Source: Octopus vulgaris (taxonomy: Eukaryota). Taken from it: DNA of 64,000 nucleotides. The position numbers and the translations under genes are program-made. Every line of letters begins with the position of its first letter. Position 1 is the stretch's first letter. The stretch is taken from NCBI GenBank assembly GCA_951406725.2, contig OX597820.1:47926001-47990000 (forward strand). Reading direction: 5' to 3'. The notes under the pieces were generated by a model that saw nothing but the letters and a program-made list of their open reading frames with translations, did not search any database and had not been told where the DNA came from. Positions 27,319 through 39,630 of this stretch are shown here, piece by piece.

Positions 27319-27722
27319 TAATGTACACATTGTTTTCGTTTGTGTTGGGATTATCACATTAAAAAATTTTTCCCGTTTTTATTTACATTTCTCTATCTTG
27401 CTTTTTTATTCTTTCGATTGCGTTTCCACTGTCTCACTGCTGCTACGTTTCTTTCTTTCTAATGAACACCTTTTTATCCGTTATATATATGTATAGATAG
27501 CCAAAGACATACTGGTTAGGAATTACAGTGTATAATTAGAGTTAATAACAGTAAATTAGATCAGTTAGTAGTGGTATTATTGGTTAACAATATTGTTATT
27601 ATTGCCTGACCTATATATTGTGGTATAAATCCTTAAATCCTTAAAAATGTTTTAGCCCGAATGCCGCGGCCATGCTGGGGCACCACCGTATATAAACGTA
27701 TATAAACAAGAATCGTTTATTT

Positions 27723-27772
<50 letters not shown>

Positions 27773-28181
27773 GAGAGATAGGGGAGAAAGAGAGAAGGAC
27801 AGAAAGTGTATTTATCAGGAATTATCCGAAACGAGAAGAAAAGTGGCGTATAGTTTCGACAGAATATCTTAAAGTACATAAATTTGTCTTATACGTTCTA
27901 TAAAAATATGAAAGTACATCAGATACTTTCCACGGACGAGAAACCTCCTTCCAAATACACATAGCACGCTGTAGGATATGTAATATACAATTAGAGTATT
28001 ATTTCAAGAAAAGCAATTATCAAAGGCAATCATTTTATTTCTAGATTGCCCTTACTTCATTGCAAAAAGATGTTAGAGGTGAATTGCAGTTCAAGTTAGT
28101 GTTGAAGATCAACTACAAAGTGTGACAGACACACGCAATAATTTACTAATGAATCTCCCTCTCCGTGTCTCTCTCTCGTTA

Positions 28182-28223
<42 letters not shown>

Positions 28224-28341
28224 TATATGCATATATACATACATATATATATACATACACACACATACACATATATATATATAGATATATACACACACAT
28301 ACACCACCTACACGCGCAAACACACACGGATCTATCTATCA

Positions 28342-28400
<59 letters not shown>

Positions 28401-28992
28401 AATCTACTTGTCTGTCTGTATGTCTGTCTGTCTGTATGTATGTATGTATGTATGTATGTATGTATATACGTATGAATGTATAAATAACCTGTCTCCGTTT
28501 GGAGAACCAGCATAAGTACAATTTTAGGCCAAAGTTCTTCCTACATATATCAAAACGTATGTTATTTCTTTATTAAAATAACGATTCTAAGAAAACAAAA
28601 CTAGTCTTGGCAGATTCAATGTCTCGTTTTACATGTATGTCTATACATACATAAAACGTTGGCTGGCGATCGTTTGCTGTGAGATATACAATCAGCACAT
28701 CTATTCTTAAGCAGCTGTGACAGACAAACCGCCTTCCTTCCTCCTTTCTTCTCATCTAGCTTTGAATTGTATCTACCTTGACCAGCTTTACCTGATACCA
28801 ATAATTCGGGGAGAAAAATAACATATACTAATAACATTCCTATACTGGTCTTTTCTCGATCTCTATTGACCTATACAACTGTTAAAATTCTAACCTCATG
28901 TTTCAGTATATACAAGTCATAATCTGATCTGATACCAATTGTTTGCCTGTTTATATAGCGATACTATTATACACGCACCTGCTGAAGTGAAA

Positions 28993-29224
28993 CGGCGAGC
29001 TGGCAGAAACGTTAAGCACGCCGGGTGAAATGCGTAGCCGAATTTCGTCTGCCGTTACGTTCTTGAGTTCAAATTCCGCCGAGGTCGACTTTGCCTTTCA
29101 TCCTTTCGGGGTCGTTAAATTAAGTACCAGTTACGCACTGGGGTCGATGTAATCGACTTGATCCGTTTGTCTGTCCTTGTTTGTCCCCTCTGTGTTTAGC
29201 CCCTTGTGGGAAATAAAGAAATAT
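28993..29224 (+). mobile_element. SINE C with Tx1-like tail, full length
   Basis: Near-identical to the 7722 and 21812 copies. Confidence 0.93.
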
Positions 29225-29344
29225 GTAGTCAATCTTATTCAGGTAGTTATAACATCTCTGCGGTTTTAGCTACAGCTCAAATTAAAGTATAGGATGCAAG
29301 TCAAGCTGAGCATTAATGGTATGAATCTAATACCTTATGCCAGG

Positions 29345-29699
29345 TTATCTCCTTCAGTCATGAATGACGATGAGATTGTATCCAAAAAGTTGCCCTCCGA
29401 GGCACAAGTCGGGGTAAGGTTAGGTTGTTTAGGGAAGACCAACAATCGCCCATGCGTATCAGTTTCCCCACCCCACACTACCGATGTTATCGAAGGGAAA
29501 GGCAATAAAGTTGTGATGTCACTGGCACACAGTTGGTACCAGTGACGTCACAACTTATTGCTACAGCTGAGTGAACTGGAGCGACGTGAAATATAGTGTT
29601 TTGCTCAAGAACACAGCGCACAACCCGGTGCGGGAATCGAGCTCACTGCCTCATGGTTGTGAGCCCGACCTTCTAACCACTGAACCATGCCCCTTCACA
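29345..29699 (-). mobile_element. SINE head D + tail 4
   Basis: Minus strand TGGTTCAGTGGTTAG...CTCGATTCC...GTGTTCTTGAGCAAAACACT...CACTCAGCTG, then a unique tail. Confidence 0.8.
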
Positions 29700-29837
29700 C
29701 CTTATTTCAATAGGCGTAATATTACATATATAGCATATAAAATACAATATTATGCCTGTGTATGTATGTATGTATGTATGTATGTATGTATGTATGTATG
29801 TATGTATGTATGTATATATGTGTGTATGTATATATAT

Positions 29838-30551
29838 CAATAATAATAAAGGGTAAAATTAATTAATTAAATAGTAATTAATAATTTCACCAAGTAGTAT
29901 TCGGCATGTTAGTAGGACCATTTTTCGGTAAACTTATACAATATTTTATAATTATGAGTATAATTGTAATTAGGGTTCAGCAAAAATTTGCTTCACCACA
30001 TACCGAACTTTAGAAATAGCAGTCAAAGAACCTTAGCTATTTCTTCTACTATAAGAAGAAACTCCCGGACAACAAATACTCAAAACAAACCACGTAGACA
30101 CAGAGGAAAAACAATGTAATTCACTCGGTATTTGATTACCTGTGGACGCGTTTCGGAATTAGAGCGGTATGAAGAATGTAAAAATCACCTTTCATCCAAT
30201 AATTTTCCTCTTCAGCACAGGATTCCAAAATTTTAAATTTGAGAGCACTGAAAAAATTGAACATACCTATCCAATTCAAGTAGTATCAGACCTGTACCAA
30301 CGAATTCAAAAACATACGAATAAGGTCTCGCATCTTCCCTCACCCATCCACGTGTGTTGTCGAGTAAAAAATACTACAGAGAAAAACTGTAGTTTATTAT
30401 CAGGGAGAGAATGATATTATCAATAATAATAAAAGGTAAAATTAATTAATTAACTAGTAATTAATAATTCCACCAAGTATTCGGCATGTCAAAAGGACCA
30501 TTTTTCGGTAAACTCTAACAATATTTTATAATTATGAGTATAATTATAATT
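29838..30551 (-). mobile_element. Terminally redundant (~130-bp direct repeats, ~585-bp period) hammerhead-containing element; retrozyme or Penelope pLTR-like
   Basis: 29838-29972 is repeated at 30422-30551; hammerhead lies between the repeats; no ORF. Confidence 0.75.
30139..30221 (-). ncRNA. Type I hammerhead ribozyme
   Basis: Minus strand CCUGUG-CUGAAGA-GGAA...UUCC-GAAA-CGCG-UC-CACAGG: 6-bp stem I, intact core, extended stem II, palindromic stem III, GUC cleavage triplet. Confidence 0.85.
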
Positions 30552-30573
30552 ATATTCATAATTATAATTATAA

Positions 30574-30620
<47 letters not shown>

Positions 30621-30624
30621 TACG

Positions 30625-31155
30625 TATAAGGCAAATAAGAAAATGGACAGAATAAATAATCGACACACATCAAACAGTAAACATTCAATTATATCTATTA
30701 AATAATTAATTACAAACATATGTGTAAGTGATCCGAGTAAACGAATGAAATAAGCTAATAGATAGGTAAACATACACACACACTGACATATATATATATA
30801 TATATATATGAATAATAATAGATGAGTGTACAAATGCTAAACTCTTACAGCCGTTTCTACCATGACACTGCCAAATGTTCCAAGTTATCCTCATCACGTC
30901 AGTGATATACAGGGATTAGCAAACATTGGACAGGGATTGGACAATGGTTGAGCCCAAAGGCTTCTTCAGAGAGTGCAAATGTTAGGAAACTAATACGTGG
31001 GAAAGTAAGTTAAAATAATAGAGTCAGATAAAATAAAAATAAAAATAAAAGTAATGTAATAGAAATAGTAAGGGATGGTAAGAATTTCATTTGAAGGTGC
31101 TCTTATAGAAACGGCCGTAAGAGTTCAGTATTTGTATACTCATCTATTATTATTC

Positions 31156-31213
<58 letters not shown>

Positions 31214-31357
31214 TTACGTATCTATCGGCTTATTTCTTTCGTTTACTTGGATCACTTAACATATGTTTGTAATCAGTTGATAAATAGATATAACTGAATG
31301 TTTACTAGCTGATGTGTATCGATTATTTATCCTTTCCATTTTCTTATTTGCCTTATA
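30625..31357. mobile_element. Inverted repeat (~240-bp diverged arms), Penelope-like inverted pLTR arrangement
   Basis: 30625-30860 is the reverse complement of 31105-31357; both inner ends carry GAAACGGC(C/T)GTAAGAG. Confidence 0.75.
30841..30974 (-). ncRNA. Type I hammerhead-like motif with very long stem II
   Basis: Minus strand ACUCU-CUGAAGA-AGCC...~105 nt foldback...GGUA-GAAA-CGGCUG-UA-AGAGU. Confidence 0.6.
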
Positions 31358-31520
31358 AATCCTGGGTAAATTTCTAATTTACCCCACCCATACCTAGTAT
31401 TCAATTGCAATATTGCCATGCAATAGTAGTCACTTTGGTTATAAATACACAGCTACACATCCAGTAGTATATTGGATATTTAATATCTCTTATATGGTTA
31501 CTTAACATCTAACTCATACA

Positions 31521-31584
<64 letters not shown>

Positions 31585-31588
<4 letters not shown>

Positions 31589-31648
31589 TTACGTCTGACA
31601 AATATTTCACAAATACAAATAAAAGAAATATTTGTCAGACGTAATGAA
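31585..31648. repeat. Perfect 24-bp-stem hairpin
   Basis: TTCATTACGTCTGACAAATATTTC / GAAATATTTGTCAGACGTAATGAA with a 16-nt loop. Confidence 0.9.
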
Positions 31649-31814
31649 AATATCATTTGTTAGTATATTTTTGTAAAGGTATAAAATGTTTTCGAATATT
31701 ACTAAAGAGATGAAATCGAATATCTCTAATATCCTTACGGTTATCTCTCTCTTTCTCCCCTCTCTCTCGTCATTTATCTATCGATATATGGATAGATATA
31801 TAATAGGCATATAA

Positions 31815-31842
31815 GCAGATAGACAGGCAGATAGATAGATAA

Positions 31843-31930
<88 letters not shown>

Positions 31931-32000
31931 GTAGATAGATAGACAGACGGGCAGATGAATAAATAGATAATTAGATAGATAGAAATAAACAGATAGATAA

Positions 32001-32086
<86 letters not shown>

Positions 32087-32148
32087 GAATAAATAGACAG
32101 ACGTTCGTAAAGACAGAAATATTTCACTTCATTTCATGTGAATTTGTG

Positions 32149-32218
<70 letters not shown>
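31815..32218. repeat. (GATA)n array followed by an inverted (TATC)n array
   Basis: Directly visible. Confidence 0.95.
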
Positions 32219-33490
32219 ACCCGTTAAAAGGAGGGCTGGGCATGCCGTGGTTGATGATGCGCAGACACGCGCTGAGACTGCGACATCTCTGGCTCTATGT
32301 AGACGACGGTGAACAGGTGTGGTCGCCGTTTGTGAGGCACGCTTTCCCGCAGCTCGTCTCCATGACCGAACTGCAGTCGTGGATCAAAAAGAGGCCGAAG
32401 AAAGGCGAATGGCACCGCGAGTGTCGCGTTGCTCTCAAGCAACTCTGCCGTCCTGGGTCGACCTTGAGTGACTTCAACACAACCAAAGCATTCTATAGGG
32501 GTTTAGTGGAGGGGAGGTACGACGACGAGCTCGGGGCGAACCTGGACGTCGACGAGGAGTACCTGACCCGCCTGTTCAGGACGACTTTCGGGCCAGGGCC
32601 CATGGACAACTTCCAGAGATCCCTGGCCTGGCAGTGCTACCGAGAAGCGCTACCCGTTCGGGATAAGCTCTACAGACACGGCTCGAGAAACACGGGGCCG
32701 ACCTGCCTGAGATGCGGTCAGAGCGACGAAACCGTTCTGCACGCACTCGTGCAGTGTCCAACAATTTCCGACCTGTGGGCTTGTGTCGAACAACTGCTGT
32801 CACGTGTGGGACGAGTCGGTTTATCAGCTGAGTCTATCGTCAATATTGTCACGCCTCCTTCCTTCAAACGGGAAGGAAGAGCTATTTTCATCATCCTTGT
32901 GGCTATGGCGAAAGAATGTATCTGGTGGACGCGTCTGAAAGGATTGGAGACAAACACTTTCCTCTCTGGTCAATCTCTCATCAACTTCTTCAAGTACCAC
33001 TTGAAAAGGAAAGTGAGAGTAGAGAGGCAAGTTTTGTCTAGCGAATGTTTTAAAAAAAGATGGGTGAATGTAGCAAGAATGGCACGTATGAATGACGAAG
33101 CCACCTTGAGCATGATCCTATGAACCCAGAAATTGAAAACAGAGAGTTGCTTATTCGCAAAAAAAAAAAAAAAGAAATATAACATGTGACTCCATTGACC
33201 GAGGTTACCGTGGTCTTTTCCGTAGGCTTTTCTTTCCACGGGTAAACCTCACCTGTCCTCCCCTTTACACTTCATATTGACATTTCTGTGATAACGATCC
33301 CTATTGATCAATTTTTTTTTCCTCTCCCCCTTTTTTTTAACCCCCTTTTTTTGTCCCCTTTCTCTCCTTTTACGATCCCTTTTGATCGAAACTCCCCCTT
33401 TCCTTTTTTTTTTTTAAACCTTCAAAAGAAAAGCTCTACCTTGTAATTTGTTCTATCTGTGTGCAGCCCTGTGTGGCTAATAAAGAAACA
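32218..33490 (+). mobile_element. 5'-truncated L1/Tx1-clade non-LTR retrotransposon: ORF2 C-terminus + 3' UTR
   Basis: Uninterrupted ~300-codon frame to the stop at 33121-33123. Contains HPLKGGLGMP and a zf-RVT-like LAWQCYREALPVRDKL...CLRCGQSDETVLHALVQCP. T/C-rich 3' UTR ends AATAAAGAAACA. Flanked on both sides by (TATC)n. Confidence 0.9.
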
Positions 33491-33504
33491 TATCTATCTA
33501 TCTG

Positions 33505-33632
<128 letters not shown>

Positions 33633-33789
33633 CCTGCCTACCTACGAATGTATGTATGTATGTATGTATGTATCTATCTATCTATCTATCTATCTATCTA
33701 ACTATGCAACTGTCTGTTTGTCTGTCTATCTACACTCGTGTTACAATCCGTGAGACTACGACACAAGTGGACAGTGAACTCCGTGCATT

Positions 33790-34400
33790 ACAGAAAGCGA
33801 GTGGAAAACTTGTTTATCGGAAGAGAGCATCTCTGCAGTTGACACCCATTTGAAGGAGAGAATAGTATGTCTTCTCTGATCTGCAGAAAATTTCTTCAAC
33901 GAATGAAGACACTTTCTTTTCTTCTGATGACAAGGGATGAAGGATTAGCGTACATTTGTGACCCGGAAACGTAGGCTCAGCCCATGAAATGACGCCACAC
34001 CACTTCTCCAAGTCTTGTGGAGTCCAAGCGATTAGCATAGAAGTCATGCTGACTATTATGGAGACGACAAGGGCGTCATGCCATTGATTTTCTAAAAGTT
34101 TGTACGTTAAAAAGTCTTAGAGAAGCTACTAGAAGCTAGATCTAGCAGAATGATCTGGAAACAGTTCACATTCACTATGACAATGTCTCACCACAAACAT
34201 GTGAGGCAACAAAGAAAGCAATTGGCAAACTCAGCAGATTAATGTTACCCCCTATTCTGTGGAGGCTAGATATAGCACCTGCCGTACACACAAACACGCC
34301 AGCTACACATAAATGAACAACTATAACACAGTATAAATGAAATTTAGCATCGACTTCATCAAATAAATATTCTATTAATGTGTATCTTGCTGTGTATTCC
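33790..34400 (+). mobile_element. Decayed mariner transposase relic
   Basis: Frameshifted motifs resembling HTTSP...KVMLT..WD.KGV and LP.PPYSPDIAP. Confidence 0.55.
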
Positions 34401-34984
34401 ATAGACGCGTCTACATTTGAAACTAGCCTATGAAGAGAGACAGCGTGACCTCAGTGTGAACAGTTTTCTAATTCTTGAATATGCAATGTCACTGCAATAA
34501 TTTGGAAGAAGACATCTGCTGAAGATTCAATGGCGGGAGATGAAGTGCGAAAGGTCGCTACTGAGGCGTAAACTTCTAAACAAGCAGATCATGCTATACG
34601 ACGGTTGTCACATGTGCACATCTCCACCATATAAATATTTATATTTGCATCTACTTATTTCACCACACAAAAGCAGATATCCCGACACGTGAAGTGTTTT
34701 ACGATTATAAACTACATTTAACTTAAAAATAAATACATTTCCTGACAATTTCCTGAAATAGGTGTTGTTCCACAAAGGAAATCCTCAAATCCCACTCTTT
34801 GTTTATTCATTTAATAATGTATTCAGAGGAAATGACTTTTCTTGAAGGCAAGGCTTCAGTGATTTCTACGATGAACAGAAGCTGTTCCTCTTAAACAGGT
34901 GAATTCTGTAAAGACTTAACGTTGACTCTTATATCTGAATTCGATTTCGTTTCAACCTCTGGGTTTAGGTTGAACGTTAGTCTC

Positions 34985-34987
34985 ATA

Positions 34988-35038
<51 letters not shown>

Positions 35039-35400
35039 CTACCTACCTACCTACCTACCTACCTACCGACCGACCGACCTACCTGCCTACCTACCTGCCT
35101 ACCTACCTGCCTACCTACCGATCTACCTACCTACCTACTTACCTAGATACATACATACATACATACTTACCCACTTACCTACTTAGCTACCTACCTACCT
35201 AGTTACCGACCTACCTACCTGCCTACCTACCTACCTACCTACCTACCTACCTACCTACCTACCTACCTACCCACCTACCTACCTACTTATTTACATATCA
35301 AACTACCTATCTACCTACCTACCTACCTACTTACCTACTTACGTACCTACCTGCCTATATACCTACCTACCAACCTACCTACCTATCTACCTACCTAACT
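34985..35400. repeat. (TAC)n + (CTAC)n arrays
   Basis: Directly visible. Confidence 0.95.
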
Positions 35401-36554
35401 ATGCAATTGTGGTAAAGTGCGATACAAAAATATCTTGTGGGGATAAACTGAAATCGAAGTCACCGACGAATAGTATGTTTCGCAGCAAAATGGATTTCAT
35501 TAGGCGCACGCTAGGACCAGTTGGCACTTACATATCTGGCAACGATTAAGTCTGCCCGCCCCAAAAGTTGGATTAGCCCTTCCGTCGATCTTTCACAATT
35601 TTCCGTCAAACAAGTTTTATTTACTGGGCTTTCGTTAACCCAAATATATGGTAAAATGCTTTTATCTGAAGTTCCTTGCACTTCTAACATACCTGAAAGA
35701 ATGCAATTTTGAAATAGACACCATGAGTATACTCTTCGACCCACGCATACATACACACACACAAACACACATACACACACGTAGAATCACTCAGGCTCGC
35801 ACACACGCGCAGAGATGCACACATGCGTATATATTTGTATATATAGCGCAATGCTCACAGACAATCACCACGACATTTTGATTTACGGGTGTAGTACATC
35901 AGACGCCATTGTACGCTAATTCCGTCTCTCCAATTTCGTCCACAAGCGTTCAGTCTACTCGAAGAATATGTCCGAGTGCCTCAATAGAGAGTCCGACGCT
36001 CACATGCGCACACACGTACACGCACATACAGGCACACACACACACACGTGCACACACACGTATACACAGTTACAGAAAAACACACTTCCGCCAAAAGGTA
36101 TATATACGTACACACAAATATATACATGAACACTTACATAAACCTACCCATATATTGATAGACTTATCACAGTTTTACACAAACTATGGAAAAATAGGTA
36201 CAAAGATCTGTAGATTCATACATGTAAGCTCCTTCAGACACGTGATGCATGCACTTATACGTATACCTACGCACATACGTCTGCACATCTAACGTTTTAG
36301 ACCCTTAGAAAGGTCTTAATATGTGGACAGACCTTTATACATTAAAACGAATTTACATACAGATTTAGAAAAACGCAGAGACAAGCATACACGCACACAC
36401 ACACACATGCACACACGCACAGACACCCGCATGTATGTCTATGCAGAAATACTTCTAAATAAAGAAACATAGATATTTGTACAAGCACATATGTACACAC
36501 ACAAGTCTTCATTTTGCTGAAACTGACAAATACACAATTACTCTCTCTCTCTCA

Positions 36555-36674
<120 letters not shown>

Positions 36675-36847
36675 TAGATAGATATGTATTTATGTATTTA
36701 TGTATTCATGCGTGTATTTATATATGTATTCGTGTGTATATATACATATGCATACATATATATATATATACATATATGTCCACGCATCTACATACATTCG
36801 CATGTGTACATACCGATACACTTACGTACGTGACTATACATTATATG

Positions 36848-36903
<56 letters not shown>

Positions 36904-37973
36904 TTATATATTTATACATACACACATATATGCGCGCATATATTCATAGTCTGTGTGTGAGAGAGAGGGAGAGAAAGAGAGGGAGACTGAAAGAGAGAGA
37001 AAGAGAAAGAAAGACATGTACAAACATGTATATGTATATATTGTACACATTCATTTTTACAGCACCTACATACTCCTGTATATACGTACTAATATATACA
37101 CATCTACATCTACACTAAATCATGCGGGGTACACTTATTATAAATAAGGCCGTTAGGTCACTATATACACTGGCCGATGTGTTATTTTTTTTTCTATTAT
37201 TGGGGTTAAATTTCGTGAGAAAGGGGTCAGTTGTTTGGGAAAGCCATCAAACATACCTCATTACGTGTCGGCCATTTTGTGTCACAGTAAAACAGGAGAT
37301 GCCGAGGGGGATAAGGTGGGGAGCAGTCAGACAAAGCTAAGATATGTCTTGGCCATAATGACGCTGCACTGTGACTTAAATAAACAAACATTTACAAGGT
37401 TATTTGGTTTGGCGTAAAGATATATACATACATAAAATAAATGGCCGTGTGAGTAGTTAAATATGTCAAAGTGTGGTAGGGGATGTTTATAGGATGGTGG
37501 AAGTTGATGTGATTTTAGATATATATGTGTGAGTATGTGTGTTCGCAACGATATGGAGCAGTGCTTGTGTATGCACTGGTGTGTGTAGAGAGTGACTGAA
37601 GTGATAGCGTGTGTGTGTATGTTGTGTGTATGTAGTACAATAGATGTCGAGTGTGTCAGATACTAGTGTGTTTTTTTTGTATGCGTGTGTATGTGAGTGT
37701 GTGTGTGTTGTGTATAATTTGTGATGTGTTGTATGAGTAGATGTGGTGGATGTGATAGCGAATATAGGTGTGTATATCATGTGTGATGTAAGTAAGCATA
37801 CTATAATTTAGTGTATTTACGTGTGTGTGTGTGTGTGTGTGTGTGTGTACCTGCCTGTACAGCGTACTTACGTGTCGATATATACATGTGTATATGAATT
37901 TATCTATGTGTGTGCGCATAAGCTTCTATATACATATAAGGAAATTAATGCGTTAATATCTATGTACGTATAA

Positions 37974-38340
37974 GCGGCGATCTGGCAGAATTGTTAGCAC
38001 ACTGGGCGAACTGTTTAGTGGCAGTTGGTTCGTCTTTAGGTCCTGAATTCAAATTCTGATAAAATAAGTGTTAGTTGAACACTAGGATCGATATATTCGA
38101 CTTACTCCCATCCCAGAAATTAACGGCCTGGAGCCAGAATTTGAAACCATTATTTGTGCCGAGAGCTGGCAGAAGCGTTAGCACACGAGCATGTCGTCTC
38201 TTTACTTTCTGAATTCAAATTCTGACATTGCCTTTCATTCTTTCGAGTCCTATGAAATAAATGCCAGTTGAACATCTTGTCGATGAGATCGACCTACCCT
38301 GCCCCCAAAATTGCTGGCCGTATGACAAAATTCGAAACGT
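37974..38340 (+). mobile_element. Two tandem old SINE C copies (short tail)
   Basis: CTGGCAGAA..GTTAGCAC...GAATTCAAATTC...AAATT..AAAC occurs twice. Confidence 0.75.
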
Positions 38341-38495
38341 CATGTGTGTAACATGAGTGGGATCTATGTGTGTGGTTGTATGCGTTTCTACGTAGGTCTG
38401 TATGATTGTGTTATCGTGTTGTATATGTATGCATATATGTCCGCACCGACGTAGTGTATGTCCATATATAAGATAGACTACTTGTGTGTTTGCGT

Positions 38496-38532
<37 letters not shown>

Positions 38533-38733
38533 TGCAGCGTGTGACAAGTGACATATGTGTAAATGCATATGGATGTGCGTATTACTGTAAATATACGCAG
38601 TTGGCTTTGTCTGCCTACGAGATTGCGAAAGCATGTATTTGGAGTGCATGTTAGTTTGTGTCAATATGTATGTGAAATAATGTGGGTGTGTTTATGTCTT
38701 TGAGAAAGTATCATAGTGCTTTTATAACGTATG

Positions 38734-38993
38734 TGGAGGCGCGTGGCTTAGTGGTTAGGGTGTTAGCATCATGATCGTAAGATTGTGGTTTCGATTCCTG
38801 GACCGAGCGGCGCGATGTGTTCTTGAGCAAAACACTTCATTTCACGTTGCACCAGTCCACTCAGCTGGCAAAAATGAGTAACGCTGCGATGGACTGGTGT
38901 CCCGTCCAGCAGGGGAACACATACGCCATTGAAACTGGAAAACCGGGCCCATGAGCCTGGCTAGGCTTTAAAAGGGCGCATTAATTTTTCATT
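38734..38993 (+). mobile_element. SINE head D + V-domain-like tail
   Basis: 14-bp TSD TTTTATAACGTATG at 38720-38733 and 38994-39007; CTGCGATGGACTGGTGTCCCGTCCAG resembles the V-SINE segment. Confidence 0.88.
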
Positions 38994-39084
38994 TTTTATA
39001 ACGTATGGGTGTGCATACACACACACAGACATAATACACTTATATACTCATATACAAACACCGGTGTGTGTGTGTGTGTGTGTG

Positions 39085-39305
39085 TGAACACGTGGATGAG
39101 CGATTAGTGTTGCGCTCATGATCGTAAGATTATGGTCTCCATTCCAGTGCCGTGCGATGGCGTTGTGTACTCGAGCAAAACACTTCATTTCCTGTTGCTC
39201 CAGCTGGCAAAGATGAGTACTGCAAGGACGGATTTGAGTCCCGTCCAGGTGAAGGATATACGCCCCTTAGAATCCGGTAAACCGGCGTTATGAACACTTG
39301 ATCCT
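39085..39305 (+). mobile_element. Diverged copy of the head D/V-like SINE
   Basis: Aligns by eye with 38734-38980. Confidence 0.75.
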
Positions 39306-39344
39306 TTTTGGTGTGTGTTTATGTCTCTGTATGTATATATGTGT

Positions 39345-39630
39345 AGAGGCGCAATGGCCCAGTGGTTAGGGCAGTGGACTCGCGGTCGTAGGATCGCGGT
39401 TTTGATTCCCAGACCGGACGTTCAGAGTGTTTGTTGAGCAGAAACACCTAAAAGCTCCACGAGGCTCCGGCAGGGAAGGTGGTGGCGATCCCTGCTGTAC
39501 CCTTTCGCCCACTCTTTCTTCTGTTGGCCTGCTCGCTTAGCCAGCGGGGTGGCGTCATTTGAAGGCAAAAACAATGCGAAGCGATGTGTAGCAACATCTG
39601 ATAGTCTGGCCGGTCACGTAATCACGTGAT
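39345..39630 (+). mobile_element. SINE head A + tail 2
   Basis: Matches 775-1090. Confidence 0.9.

Noticed and set aside
32146-33123. 325-aa ORF as a host gene
   Set aside because: The N-terminus is (TATC)n; the rest is a truncated retrotransposon ORF2
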